Shown here one piece after another: positions 30,058 through 42,834 of a stretch of 64,000 bases of DNA. Below the pieces are notes generated by a model. That model did no database searches and was not told the DNA's origin. It was given only the letters and a program-made list of their open reading frames with translations. The stretch spans positions 62,001 through 126,000 of the forward strand of contig QPMI01000621.1 in the NCBI GenBank assembly GCA_004431415.1, written 5' to 3'. The position numbers and the translations under genes were made by a program. The stretch is from Cyanophora paradoxa CCMP329. Taxonomy: Eukaryota; Plantae; Glaucophyta. Each line of letters opens with the position of its first letter. The stretch's first letter is position 1.

Positions 30058-33000
30058 GTGCGAGTAGAAGCCTGGCAGCCGGTAGTAAAGTCAAGGCCCT
30101 GTCTAAGACGCTACTAAATGACTCGCATCCGTCGGGAAGCGAGCTAGAGAGGCACGGGCGGACTGGACATCGGCTCTCAAAATTGATCTCGGGAGAAACC
30201 CTTTCAGGGAGTTCTTCTCCCCTGCAGCTGCACCCGGGCGACCTGAGCTTCGAGTCAAATACTCTGCATGTACAGCTGAGAGCACTGGTATCGTCTCCGG
30301 ACGCTCATAGGTTCCACTTACTCATTAATATTATATTCTTTTATGGCGTGAAGAGACTCATGATCACTGAGTCATGTGCAAAGATCTAGAATTGCAAACT
30401 CGCCGCGCCGAGCTTAGGAGCACGATTGAGCCTGTAGGAACATCAGATTCGGATTCCCCGCCCTCAATTTGGGCGGGGTGCGAACTTGGGGTCAGTCGCG
30501 GGCCGGAACGACGCGACGGAGTCAGGTCAAGGGGGCTACTTGACACTGCCAACATGCGACCAAGGGGCCTAGTCGGCGAATATCACCAAGTAAAACATAT
30601 TATTTGACAAGTTACATCCGGGCGTGGAGACGCCTCCGGGGGTTCTTGAAGGTGCTGGATTTGATTCTGAGGTCGCCGGAGGCCCGGCGCTAGCTCGTAG
30701 CCCTCCGTGCATTATTTTGGAGGGCGAGTCGCCATAATTTTTGGCGGGCTGTTCAGGACCTTCCCGCGCGGCAGGGCGTGCGAGTAGAAGCCTGGCAGCC
30801 GGTAGTAAAGTCAAGGCTCTGTCTAAGACGCTACTGAATGACTCGCATCCGTCGGGAAGTGAGCTAGAGAGGCACGCGCGGACTGGACATCGGCTCTCAA
30901 AATTGATCTCGGGAGAAACCCTTTCAGGGAGTTCTTCTCCCCTGCAGCTGCACCCGGGCGACCTGAGCTTCGAGTCAAATACTCTGCATGTACAGCTGAG
31001 AGCACTGGTATCGTCTCCGGACGCTCATAGGTTCCACTTACTCATTATATTCTTTTATGGCGTGAAGAGACTCATGATCATGTGCAAAGAATTGCAAGCT
31101 CGCCGCGCCGAGCTTAGGAGCACGATTGAGCCTGTAGGAACATCAGATTCGGATTCCCCGCCCTCAATTTGGGCGGGGTGCGAACTTGGGGTCAGTCGCG
31201 GGCCGGAACGACGCGACGGAGTCAGGTCAAGGGGGCTACTTGACACTGCCAACATGCGACCAAGGGGCCTACTAGGCTAGTCGGCGAATATCACCAAGTA
31301 AAACATATTATTTGACAAGTTACATCCGGGCGTGGAGACGCCTCCGGGGGTTCTTGAAGGTGCTGGATTTGATTCTGAGGTCGCCGGAGGCCCGGCGCTA
31401 GCTCGTAGCCCTCCGTGCATTATTTTGGAGGGCGAGTCGCCATAATTTTTGGCGGGCTGTTCAGGACCTTCCCGCGCGGCAGGGCGTGCGAGTAGAAGCC
31501 TGGCAGCCGGTAGTAAAGTCAAGGCCCTGTCTAAGACGCTACTAAATGACTCGCATCCGTCGGGAAGTGAGCAAGAGAGGCACGCGCGGACTGGACATCG
31601 GCTCTCAAAATTGATCTCGGGAGAAACCCTTTCAGGGAGCTTCTTCTCCCCTGCAGCTGCACCCGGGCGACCTGAGCTTCGAGTCAAATACTCTGCATGT
31701 ACAGCTGAGAGCACTGGTATCGTCTCCGGACGCTCATAGGTTCCACTTACTCATTATATTCTTTTATGGCGTGAAGAGACTCATGATCATGTGCAAAGAA
31801 TTGCAAGCTCGCCGCGCCGAGCTTAGGAGCACGATTGAGCCTGTAGGAACATCAGATTCGGATTCCCCGCCCTCAATTTGGGCGGGGTGCGAACTTGGGG
31901 TCAGTCGCGGGCCGGAACGACGCGACGGAGTCAGGTCAAGGGGGCCCGGGGCTACTTGACACTGCCAACATGCGACCAAGGGGCCTAGTCGGCGAATATC
32001 ACCAAGTAAAACATCTTATTTGACAAGTTACATCCGGGCGTGGAGACGCCTCCGGGGGTTCTTGAAGGTGCTGGATTTGATTCTGAGGTCGCCGGAGGCC
32101 CGGCGCTAGCTCGTAGCCCTCCGTGCATTATTTTGGAGGGCGAGTCGCCATAATTTTTGGCGGGCTGTTCAGGACCTTCCCGCGCGGCAGGGCGTGCGAG
32201 TAGAAGCCTGGCAGCCGGTAGTAAAGTCAAGGCCCTGTCTAAGACGCTACTAAATGACTCGCATCCGTCGGGAAGCGAGCTAGAGAGGCACGGGCGGACT
32301 GGACATCGGCTCTCAAAATTGATCTCGGGAGAAACCCTTTCAGGGAGTTCTTCTCCCCTGCAGCTGCACCCGGGCGACCTGAGCTTCGAGTCAAATACTC
32401 TGCATGTACAGCTGAGAGCACTGGTATCGTCTCCGGACGCTCATAGGTTCCACTTACTCATTATATTCTTTTATGGCGTGAAGAGACTCATGATCATGTG
32501 CAAAGAATTGCAAGCTCGCCGCGCCGAGCTTAGGAGCACGATTGAGCCTGTAGGAACATCAGATTCGGATTCCCCGCCCTCAATTTGGGCGGGGTGCGAA
32601 CTTGGGGTCAGTCGCGGGCCGGAACGACGCGACGGAGTCAGGTCAAGGGGGCTACTTGACACTGCCAACATGCGACCAAGGGGCCTAGTCGGCGAATATC
32701 ACCAAGTAAAACATATTATTTGACAAGTTACATCCGGGCGTGGAGACGCCTCCGGGGGTTCTTGAAGGTGCTGGATTTGATTCTGAGGTCGCCGGAGGCC
32801 CGGCGCTAGCTCGTAGCCCTCCGTGCATTATTTTGGAGGGCGAGTCGCCATAATTTTTGGCGGGCTGTTCAGGACCTTCCCGCGCGGCAGCTGCAGGGCG
32901 TGCGAGTAGAAGCCTGGCAGCCGGTAGTAAAGTCGAGGCTCTGTCTAAGACGCTACTGAATGACTCGCATCCGTCGGGAAGTGAGCTAGAGAGGCACGCG

Positions 33001-33093
33001 CGGACTGGACATCGGCTCTCAAAATTGATCTCGGGAGAAACCCTTTCAGGGAGTTCTTCTCCCCTGCAGCTGCGCCCGCGCGACCTGAGCTTC
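30058..33093 (+). repeat. Central tandem array of ~706-720-bp units (~4.3 copies)
   Basis: gtgcgagtagaagcctggcagccggtagtaaagtc recurs at ~30058, 30778, 31486, 32194 and 32900. Confidence 0.93.
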
Positions 33094-36000
33094 GCCGGAA
33101 ATGTTTCATGTAAAATACATTCGAAGTATAAACATCGCTGGCTCGGCGCCGCAGCCAACCGCGCCTCCCCCCGGCCCGCCGAGCCTCCGCTCCGGCTGGC
33201 GAGCCACGCTCGCCGCCTGCCGCGCCTCCGCCCGCCGTGCCTCCGGCCCGCCCGGCGAGCCGCGCCCGCCGCCCGCCGTGCCTCCGGCCCACCCGGCGAG
33301 CCGCGCGGCCGCCTGCTGCGCCTCCGCCCAGCCCGGCGAGCCGCGCGGCCGATCGCCGCGCCTCTGCCCCGCCTCGAAGTCGACTCGAAGCCGGCGGCTG
33401 TGACGGCGAGCCGCAGGGCGGTCGCCCCGCCCGCCGCGGCGTCGGAGCACCCCGCCCGCCCTTGCCGCCCTGGCCCCGCGCGCCCTGCCGCCCGGGGCGG
33501 GGCGGGGCGGGCGGGGCGGGGCGGGGCGGGGCGGGCTGGGACGCAGGCTGGGGAAGAGAAGAGAGGGGGAAGGGGGGGAGGGGCGGGGAAGGGGCAAGGG
33601 GGGAGGGGAGTGGAGGGAGCGGGCCGGGGGGAGCGAATGGCGAGGGAGGGCCGGCCCGGCGGGCGGCGACTGCCAGGAAGGGAGCGAGGGCGGCGACTAC
33701 CGCCGGCGCTTCGGCGCGGCGGCGAGGGCGGACGCGGGGCGCTTGCCGTTGTGCGGAGCGGCCGCAAGGGCGGGCGCGGGAGAGCGCTTGCCGTTGCGGG
33801 GCGCGGCGGGGGCGGGGCGCCTCCGCCCTGCCCGCGAGCCGTGCCCGCCGCCCCGCCCGGCGAGCCGCGACCGCCGCCCGCGGCGCCTCCGCCCTGCCCG
33901 GCAAGCCGCGCCCGCCGCCGCCCGGCACGTCCGGCATCCTGTGTGGCCCTTGCGCTCCGTCAGCGACACGCACGCGTGCAGCCGGCTCAAAAAGCCTCTG
34001 TGTGCTCACCTAGCCCGCCGCCGCAGCCCGCCGCGCCTCCGGCCCGCCAGCCGAGCCGCACCGCCGCCCGCCGCGTCTCCAGCCCGCCCTGCGAGCCATG
34101 CGGCCGCCCGCCGTGCCTCCGCCCCGCCCCCGAGCCGTGCCGCCGCCCGGCGAGCCGCACCGCTGCGCGCCTCGCCTCCGCCCGCCTTCCTCCGCTCTGC
34201 GAAACGCGGCGCCGCAGGAAGCGCCTCCGCCCTATCCTGGAAGTCAGGCGGCTGTCCGCCGCGCCTCCGGATCCGCCCCGCCCGCGAGCGGCGTCGCCAC
34301 CCGCCGCACCCCAGCCCCTGGGCTTCCCGTGGCGTCTTCCGGTATCATGTGTTACCGGTGCGCCCCGTCAGCAACGCGTGCGCGCCCAGTCAGCTACGCG
34401 TGCGCGCGCAGCCGGCTCACCCAGGCAGTGTAGTAGAAGCACTCCCAAACTGCGACGATCCGAGGCGGGCTCACCCGTCCCGGCGGTCTGAGCCTCGTCA
34501 GCCATGCGCTCACGTGTCGCTGGCCCAACGCTGTGCTTGGCAGGCGCACCCGAGGCGACCGCCGATTGGGAGGCTGCGTCGGTCCGCGCGCTCACGCAGC
34601 ACCCGGCCTGTCCAGAGTCAGAGAGGCACCGAGTGAGCATCTTAAAGGGACGCGCTATGCACCGAAACATGCGAGAGAGCTCCGCCGGCGACCAGAATTC
34701 TTCGAACCCCATCCGCGGCCAGCGTGCAGCTCAACCGCTCGAACCGACCGCGGGGCTGTCTGGTAGAGATACTGCGATGTAAGTGAGCTGACATGCACGC
34801 AAAGAACCCGGCCAGCACGGCAAAGTCGCCCGGCGCGGGGTTGCGGGCCGCGTCGATCTAGCTGTGATCGGCGCGGCGCAGGGACGACGCCACGGGGGGA
34901 GCTGGACCCGTAGTTACAAGCTCGCGTGCTTGTAGCTGCCGCGCGCTGCGTGCTGCGAGCACCCGCGAAGTTGCCGCAGCGGGCGGCGCTGCGGCACCTG
35001 CGCCTGGGGGAAGCAAGGGCCGCCAAAGAGCCGGTAGCGAGCCTTTCGGTCGGCCTCGAAAATCTATACAACGGCGCGGCTGCCGCGGCGGCCCTGCCGC
35101 TGTGGGCCTCGCAAGGGCTTTTTTCCTTACAGTCGTGTACCCCAAACTTGCTGCCTTCAAGTGCCTTGCTGCCAGCAGCTGCAGCCTCGAAGGAAGGCTG
35201 CCGCGCGGACGCGCTTCACTCTCACAGCGGCTCGGTTTGTTGGCTCCTCCGCGGTCTCGCAGCGCTGCCCGCGTCTGATGCCGCTTTTCAAACCAGGTCG
35301 AACGGACTTGCTGCCGCCGCAGCGAACATCTTCGGCTTCCAGCGCGAACGATGCTCGAAGGTACTGTCTTGTATCCTCTCGCGCCTTTCGCCCAGCCTGC
35401 CGCCTGCCTGATTTCAAAAGCAGAGCCTTGCTTCAGAGCAGCTGGCGCCCGGTTGCGGCCGCGAACGCTCACGAACGCATCGCTGTCGACCTCCTTGTTG
35501 CCTTTGCTGTCCATTCGTCCCGCGGCTGTCGCCGGTGAGTGTTCTGCTGCTGAGAGGGACGCGCAGAACGTAGGCGGCGGCTGTGGAGGCGAAGCAAGGT
35601 GCTTCTCGTTTCCTCTCCTTTAATTCAATCCCTCACTCCGCTGGCGGGCCAGGGAGCGGGCGTGACTGGTGCCCGCGAGCAGCACACCACCGCCCAGTTC
35701 GCTTGGCGACTTCGTCCGCAGGTCAGGTGCTCGCTCTTGCCTCCGCTGCTCGCCCTTTGATCTTGTTGTAACGCCAGCTGCGTGCGCAGCGCAGCTCGTG
35801 CCGCTCTCCGGACGTGTGGCGGCTGCTGGGATCGGCCTCGAGAGTTCATGCTTGCGGCCGCTCGGGCGCAGGTGCGGTCGTTTGCCGGCGCGCATTCTTC
35901 TTTTCTTTCGATTGACTCTCCGAGCGCAGCGAGCGCTTCGCCCTCGCCCTCGTGGTCGTGGTCGCGGGCTGCCGGCCGCCTCGGAGTTCATGTTTGCAGC

Positions 36001-36991
36001 CGCTCGGGCGCAGGTGCGGTCGTTCGCTGGCGCGCATTCTTCTTTTCTTTCGGTTGACTCTCCTAGCGCAGCGAGCGCTTCACCCTCGCCCTCGCGGTCG
36101 TGGTCGCGGTCTGCCCGGCGCCCTCAGAGAGAGAGAGCCGCTCTCCTAGCCGAGGTGCACGGAGGCCCGTTCGTTTCTACCTCGATTCGAGCGCTCGCTA
36201 ACCGCGATGCGCACAGCGCAGCGGGCCCGGCGAGGTGCCGCACGACCTGCTGTGCGCACGGGCCGCATCGCTTCACGCCTTCCCCTTCCACGTGAATTGC
36301 TAGTCGACGTCGTTGCTACGTCGCATCGCCCGGGGCCCTGTGCTTGCTGGGCCGCATGCACAGTTGTGTGATAGCCGCCGGTAGGCCGTGTAGAAGATCC
36401 GCAGGCAGAGAATTTCGATTTCATTTACCGGGAACCGCTAGCTACGTACACGTACGCGTGGCCGCACTGGCCGGGCGCTGGCCGCAGTTGCCGGGCGCGG
36501 CCGCGGGGCTAGTGTGGTACTAGTAGACCGTGGGCGCTAGCGGCGCCCACGGCGGGCCACCGTCCACTTGCAAGATCGAGATCTATAGCTAGATAATATA
36601 TTCGGACGGCGGCGAGCTGCATTTCGATTTCATTTTTAATTACCGGGATAATTCTGCAACAGTTTTAAATCTGACCCAACTCTAGCTATTGCTTGCCCGA
36701 TTCTTGCCAAAACTTTTGACGCGTCAATAGTATTGACGCTGCAATAGTATTGACCAAAGTTTCGTCAAAAACTATTGACGCGTCAATAGTATTGACGCTG
36801 CAATAGTATTGACCGAACTCTTGCCCGATTCTTGCCAAAACTTTTGACGCGTCAATAGTATTGACGCTGCAATAGTATTGACCAAAGTTTTGTCAAGAAC
36901 TTTTGACGCGTCAATAGTATTGACGCTGCAATAGTATTGACCCAACTATTGGCAGAAATCGTCAAATGTCAAAAAGTGCAGTTATACAACA

Positions 36992-36997
36992 CACCCC
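36992..36997. repeat. Right target-site duplication CACCCC
   Basis: Matches 3336-3341. Confidence 0.9.
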
Positions 36998-39900
36998 GTC
37001 GGCGCCCGCGCCGGCGCAGGCCGCCGCGCAGACAGCCGCGCCGCCGGCGGCGCCGCAGCAGGCGCAGCCCCGACGCAACGCAGGCCAGGCTGTCGGCCGC
37101 GGCGGCCGCGGTCAGGGTCACCAGCGGGGCGGCCGGCACCGCGGTCGCGACGGCCGAGGTCACCGCGACCGTGGCGACCGCGGCGGTGGCCAGGCGCAGC
37201 CAGCACAAACCCCGGCCGACCCGGACGACCCGTTCGGGCTGGATACGTTCCTCGCGCGGCAGCAGGGGTATGACCCCAAGACCATGCGTGTCACCATCTC
37301 GGACGGAAAGGTGAAGGTCGAGCGGATCGCCGAGAGCGCTCCGCCAGACCAAGCCCCGCCGGCCGAGACTCCCTCCCGGACCTTGATGCCGCCGCCCAGC
37401 TCAAGCCGCCAGGCCGAGCGCCGCTCGCGCACACCCGAGCCGCGCCGAGCTCCGTCCAGTCGCCGCTCTCGCACCCCAGACAGGCGCGAGACGCGGGGCC
37501 CCTCCATGCGCCGCGAGCGCTCCCCGGAGCCCCGCCGGCAGTCCCGGGCGCCGCCGCCGTCCCGCCGTTCGTTGGAACGCCGCGATCGCGAGGATTCCCG
37601 ACGCCCTTCGCCAGACCGCCGGGACCGCGAGGCCTCCCGCCGCCGTCCCCGGACCACCGTGATCGCTCGCCGCCGCGCCGCGAGCGCAGCCCGCCGAGCC
37701 GACGGTCCACGGCTCGCGACACTCGCGACAAGCGGAGTCCTCGCCGAGGCTCGCGGGACCGCCGCCGGAGTCGAACACCGTCCCGCTCTAGCTCCCGCTC
37801 GTGCTTGCGCGATCGGAGCCCGAGCCGGAGCCCCCGCCATGACGATAAGCGGCGCAAGGGCTCGAAGAGGGGCTCGCGCGACCGCACCTCGCCGCGAGAC
37901 CGCCGCAGCCCCCGCAGCAGCCAGTCCTCTCGCCGCCCGCCGGACCCGCCGCGCGGTGCCGTCGACGCTGCGTACAAGCGGCACGAAAACGACGCCCGCC
38001 TGCGAGGCTGCCCGCCCACACTGCGCGAGCTCTTCGACATGGTCTGGAAGGCGCAGTACGCTGAGATGCCGGACTCGCTCTCGGCGTCCGCGCGAGCTGA
38101 GCAGGCCACCGCGCTGGTCCTGATCAAGCTCCAGAACCAGATGGATGCTCAGTCCGCGTCGTCCTCGGCCCGCGCTACCGCGCCGCCACCGGGCGGACGG
38201 CCGCCGACGGGCGGACGCGACGAGCACCAGCGGCCCTTTCTAGAGGGGCCTGAGGGGCAGAGCGAGGCCGGTCCGCAGTCGGCGGCGCCGTCCGAGCCTG
38301 CGGAGGGTCGCGCCTCCATCTCTCAGGCCCAGCAGCGGTCCAAGCGTGCGAGCCAGGCCGAGCCGCCGCGCGCCGACCCGTCGACGCCGGAGCAGCCGCG
38401 CGCCTCAGTGGCCGCGCCGCGCGCCTCCGCCGCCACGACTTTCAACCCCACGGCTGACGTCCCAGCTGTGGGCCTCCTGCAGTTCGTGCGCGAGTGCTCG
38501 AGCTGCCGCGACGTGAAAATCCGAGGCCAAGGGGTCACGGAATTGGGGCTTTGGCTTCAAACAGTCGAGCGCCAGATCCGTACCGCCGCTAGCCACGCCG
38601 AGACGCGCGCCAAGCCCGGCGGCGTCCAGAAAGTCTCAGACGCGGACTTTGCTCAGGCCAGGCAGACCGCCCGGCGAGCCCTGGAAGACATCTGCCGCGC
38701 CCTCCGGGCCGGCATCGATATGCAGATCAGCCTCTCCCAGGGGGAGACGGGCATGATGATCGCGCTCCTTCCAGACGGGCCCCGCGCCGATCTCGAAGCC
38801 CTGCGGGCCACGCTCGATCGCACCAAAGACTGGCGCGCCCTGCTTGAGCGCGAGCGCCAGCACGAGGCTCGCGTGGCGATGCAGGCTGAAGCGAAGGCCC
38901 ACCCAAAGCCCTTCTTCGCGGTATACACTGTCACAGAGGCGCCGGCGCCCCGTGGGCAAGAAGCCCGCGAGCCCCGCGACCTCCCCGCCCACCTGCACAC
39001 GCCGGCGTCGGTCCGGGCTGCTGTGCCAGTACCGGCCGACGAGAAGTACATCTCGATCCGCCGCGTCCAGACGGTCGCCCACGAGCCGCCCGCTCAGACA
39101 ATCGCGCCACCGGCGCCAGCCGCGCCGCCCGCCCCGGCCCCACCAAAGAGCCGCGAGCCTGCGCCGGCCTGGGCCCGCCGCCTGCTGCACAAGCTCGGGC
39201 CGCGCTCGACCGTGCTGGTCTTCAACTGGCTGTCGAACCCCGCGCAAATGCTGCAGGTCGATCCAAAGACCCTGGAGCCCGCCTTACGCGCGGTGCATCA
39301 GGCGATCATGGACCGCTACGGCATCTCGATGCGCAAAACGGGCTACAAGGCCCCGCCACGGCCGACTCGCGCGTGGTTCTCGGGTTCAGCGCCGACAGCG
39401 GCGTTCGCCCCGCAGAACGCGCTCGAGGCCGCCGCAATCATTTACCCCGAGGGCCTGACCTCCGACGAGGAAGCTCTCATGCCCGCGGGCCATGCCCTGG
39501 GCTCCAAAAACCGCCCGTCCCTCGCCGTGCCCCGCCCGGCAGAGGAGACGCCGCTGGGAACGCGCGCCGGCTATGACCCGCCCAGCGACGAGTTGCTCTA
39601 CGCCAACCGCCACGGCCCGGGCCCGCGCAAGCGGACCAAGCCCTCGCCGTTGGCCGACCAGGCAGAGCAGCGCCGAGTCGCCGAGCGAGCCGCGGCTTGC
39701 CAGTCCCGGCCCCCATCCCCACCCGCGAGCGCGCCAGACCTGTCGGGTCCACCCGCGCCGCCGGAACCAGAATTCCACGTCCGCCGCGCCCGACCTAGCT
39801 TCCCGCGCGACCGGGCCCTGGAATTCTTCCGGCCAAAGACACTGCACATTCACGGCAGCATTGCTATGCGCCTGCCGAACGGCCGCTCCGGCGCTGAACG

Positions 39901-40300
39901 GCCCGCTCGCATTGTTGTCGACACGGGCGCCCAGGGAACTGTAGTTCCCCAGGAAGTCCTCGACCGCCTGCCGCCCGACGAAGTCAATTACGTCGAGGGC
40001 CACACGATAGTCCGCGGTTTCATGGACCGGGACAAAATTCGTTGTCGCCGCGCCGACGTAGTCTTCGTTCTGGGCTCGCTCCGCTTCTGCCGCCGCGTCT
40101 TCGTCGTCCCGCGCGGCGCCATGGGCGTTGAGCCGGACATTCTGCTCGGCCTGGACGCGATCCAGGCCGTCCACGGCCAGATCGACACGACGCTGTCCGG
40201 GTGGTGCCTCCGGGCCCGTGACCACCTGCACCGCGAAGTCGTCGTCCCTTTTCGGCTCCGGACCAGCTTGGGATCCTGGTCCGAGTCCTGGGACCAGTAA
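36998..40300 (+). CDS. Retroelement polyprotein, middle part: RS-rich region and retropepsin-like aspartic protease (frameshift ~37640)
   Basis: IVVDTGAQGTVV and DILLGLDAI protease motifs; the RS/SP-rich tract continues across a single-base shift between ORFs 36966..38123 and 37805..40300. Confidence 0.82.
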
Positions 40301-42834
40301 AGCTCCCCGTCGGAGAGGCCCTTGTCCCATGCACGCTCAATGGGCAGGGCCCGGCAACGCGTGAGTTGCCGCACCTCTACGTCGAGCCGTCGCCGGAGTC
40401 CCCGCAAGCCTTGGGCGTACTCTGTCCTTACCAGCTGCATAATCACCCCGGAGACAAAATGTTTCACGTGCGGTTGTGCAATCCTGGCCGGCAGCCGGTT
40501 ACCCTGCCGCTAGGAACGGTAGTAGCGGTCGCTTCGGCGGTTGCCCTGCCGCCTGGTGATTTTGAGTACGAACCTGAGCAGATGCCTTGTAGTGCACGCG
40601 CATTGACAGACCTCTTGATTCGCCGGCTGCGAATCGTGCCTGCCAAACGCCGCACTGGGCTCCGCCACTTTAATAGAAAAGCACGCATGCTTGGCGCGGC
40701 ATATGAGCCCGCCAAAGACGTCGAGAAAATCATCTCCACCCTACGTTCAGTCGTAGATGAGGCAGAAAAGCAGCGCGCACTGGCCAGTGCACCGCCGCTC
40801 GCTGAACCTGCCGACCCACCCCGAGCACCGCTCTACAACGTCGACGATCTAGTCGTGACGTTCGGCGAGCTGCCCTTCGATGCAACCGACCGGGCGTTGC
40901 AGGACACGGATGCTATGAGCATCATTAGCTTCGACGACGATGCTATGAGCACGTCGTCACGCAGCGTGTCCCCAACGCCAGCCCCGATCACAGGCCCTAC
41001 GGTCGACGAATTCGTCGCCGCGGTCGAGGCGGTGTCCGTCCCCAAAGACGCCACCCTGCGCTCGACCTTCCCCGGCCTCTCCGAGACAGCAGAGCGCGAC
41101 TTGCTCAACGCAGTCCGCGCCATGCGTGGCGACGTTACGGTCCGCAAGGCCGCACCGCTCGCCGACGCCGAAGCCCCAACACAGGCGGTGGTCACCGCCT
41201 CGCTCTCGGCCCGACCCGACGCGCCGCCCCCGACGACTGCAGAGCCCGACGCGAAGCCCGCTGAGGCACCGCGGCCGGTGCCTAATGCAGAGGAGGAGTG
41301 GCAAGAGCTGCTGAAGAAAATCCCTGAGCTCGGCTCTCACCCGTCAATCACGACGGCGCAGAAAGCCGAGCTTCACGCGCTGCTGCGGCGCTACAAGGAT
41401 GTCTTCGCAGACAAGGTCGAGGCCACAGAGGGCACCAGCAATCTGCTCTATTACGAGCATGTGATTAAACTCACGTCTCGCCTCCTGGTGTTCACGCCCC
41501 CGCGGCGTATGAACCCGCACGCCGAGGAACACGCTCGCAAGGAAATTCAGAAACTCCTTGAGCTCGGGCTGATTGAGCCCTCCCAAGCGGCATACGGCTC
41601 GCCAGTGGTGCTAGCTCCTAAAAAGGACGGCACCTGGCGTTTCTGTGTCGACTACCGGAGGCTGAATCAGATCACCGAGCGGGACGTGTTCCCCCTACCC
41701 CGCATCGACGACCAGCTCGAACGCCTCCGCGGCTCGATGGTCTTCTCGACTGCCGACGCGACGGCCGGCTTCTGGCAGTTGCCTCTGCACCCCGGCTCAC
41801 GAGCTTACACTGCATTCGTGGTCCCGTGGGGCCACTTCCAGTGGAAAGTTACGCCGTTTGGGGTCACCAATGGGCCCGCGGCCTTCTCCCGCGCGATCAC
41901 TGCGATCTTAGGCCCCTTACTGACCACCTGCGTCGTCGCGTACATCGACGATATCACGGTCTTCTCACCGTCCATCGATCAGCACCTTCTAGACTTGAAG
42001 GCGCTCTTCGAGACGATCTCTAAGGCGAACCTGCGCCTGAAGCCGTCGAAATGCCGCTTCTGCGTGCCTGAGATCGACCTTCTCGGCCACCGCATCTCCG
42101 CCGAAGGGATCCGCCAGGACCCTGCGAAGACCAAGGTGATCACGGACTGGCAGACGCCGAAGAACGCGGACGAGCTCCGCTCGTTCCTCGGCCTCGCCGG
42201 CTACTACCGCCGCTTTGTTGAGAACTTCTCCAAAGTGGTGCACGCCATGCAGCGCCTTCTATTGAAGGACGCCGTCTGGAGTTGGCCAGAGGACGGCCCC
42301 GCCGACCGTGCCTTTAAGGAGCTGAAAGAACTCCTGGGCCGCGATATTATATTGCGGTTCCCGGACTTCTCAAAGCCCTTCATTCTCCAGACGGACGCCA
42401 GCACCTACGCTATCGGCGCGATTCTGAGCCAGGCCGACGACAAAGGCGTCGAGCGGCCGCTCGCGTTCATCAGCCGCACGCTGCTGCCGGCTGAGATGAA
42501 CTACTCCGCTACGGAGCTGGAGTGCCTCGCAGTAGTCTGGGCCATTAAGTATTGGCGCCACTATCTGCTGGGCGGCCCCCAGTTCCTGGTGCGGACCGAC
42601 CACCACGCCCTCCAGTGGCTGAAGACGCTGGACCCGACGACGGGTCGCCTCGGTCGCTGGTCCCTGCTCTTGCAGGCCTACGACTTTGAGATCGTCTACC
42701 GCCCCGGCAAGCAGAATGGGGGTCCTGACGCGTGCTCGCGTCTCCCCAAGGACCACCCCGTCTGGCAGCCAGGCGGTGCAGACGGTTCCTCGTCCAAGGC
42801 TCGCTCCCAGGAGAACCCCACCAATTGCGCGCCC
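40249..42834 (+). CDS. pol: Ty3/Gypsy reverse transcriptase and RNase H, truncated before integrase by PLV-2
   Basis: SPVVLAPKKDGTWRFCVDYRRLN, PLPRIDD, PFGVTNGP, YIDD, FLGLAGYYRRF, LQTDAS, NYSATELECLA, TDHHAL; composition switches abruptly at ~42835. Confidence 0.93.

Larger units (their letters stand above)
26258..36986. mobile_element. Non-coding foldback-like giant palindromic element (10.7 kb)
   Basis: Ends TATAACTGCAC...GTGCAGTTATA; arms ~26258-29927 and ~33383-36986 are inverted copies; flanked by CAACAC at 26252-26257 and 36987-36992; no recognisable protein. Confidence 0.85.

Noticed and set aside
30058-33093. Tandem units as rRNA, 5S, tRNA or spliced-leader genes
   Set aside because: No recognisable conserved RNA-gene sequence by eye; not excluded without a covariance-model search.
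26600-36450. Many long Arg/Pro/Ala/Gly-rich ORFs in the palindrome arms and central repeats
   Set aside because: They are a by-product of very high GC content; they overlap in all frames, show no motifs, and are broken differently between the two arms and between repeat units.
26258-36986. Palindrome as a chimeric fold-back read artefact
   Set aside because: The arms differ by a diverged segment, the centre is asymmetric, and both junctions are explained by precise short duplications; still worth confirming with reads.
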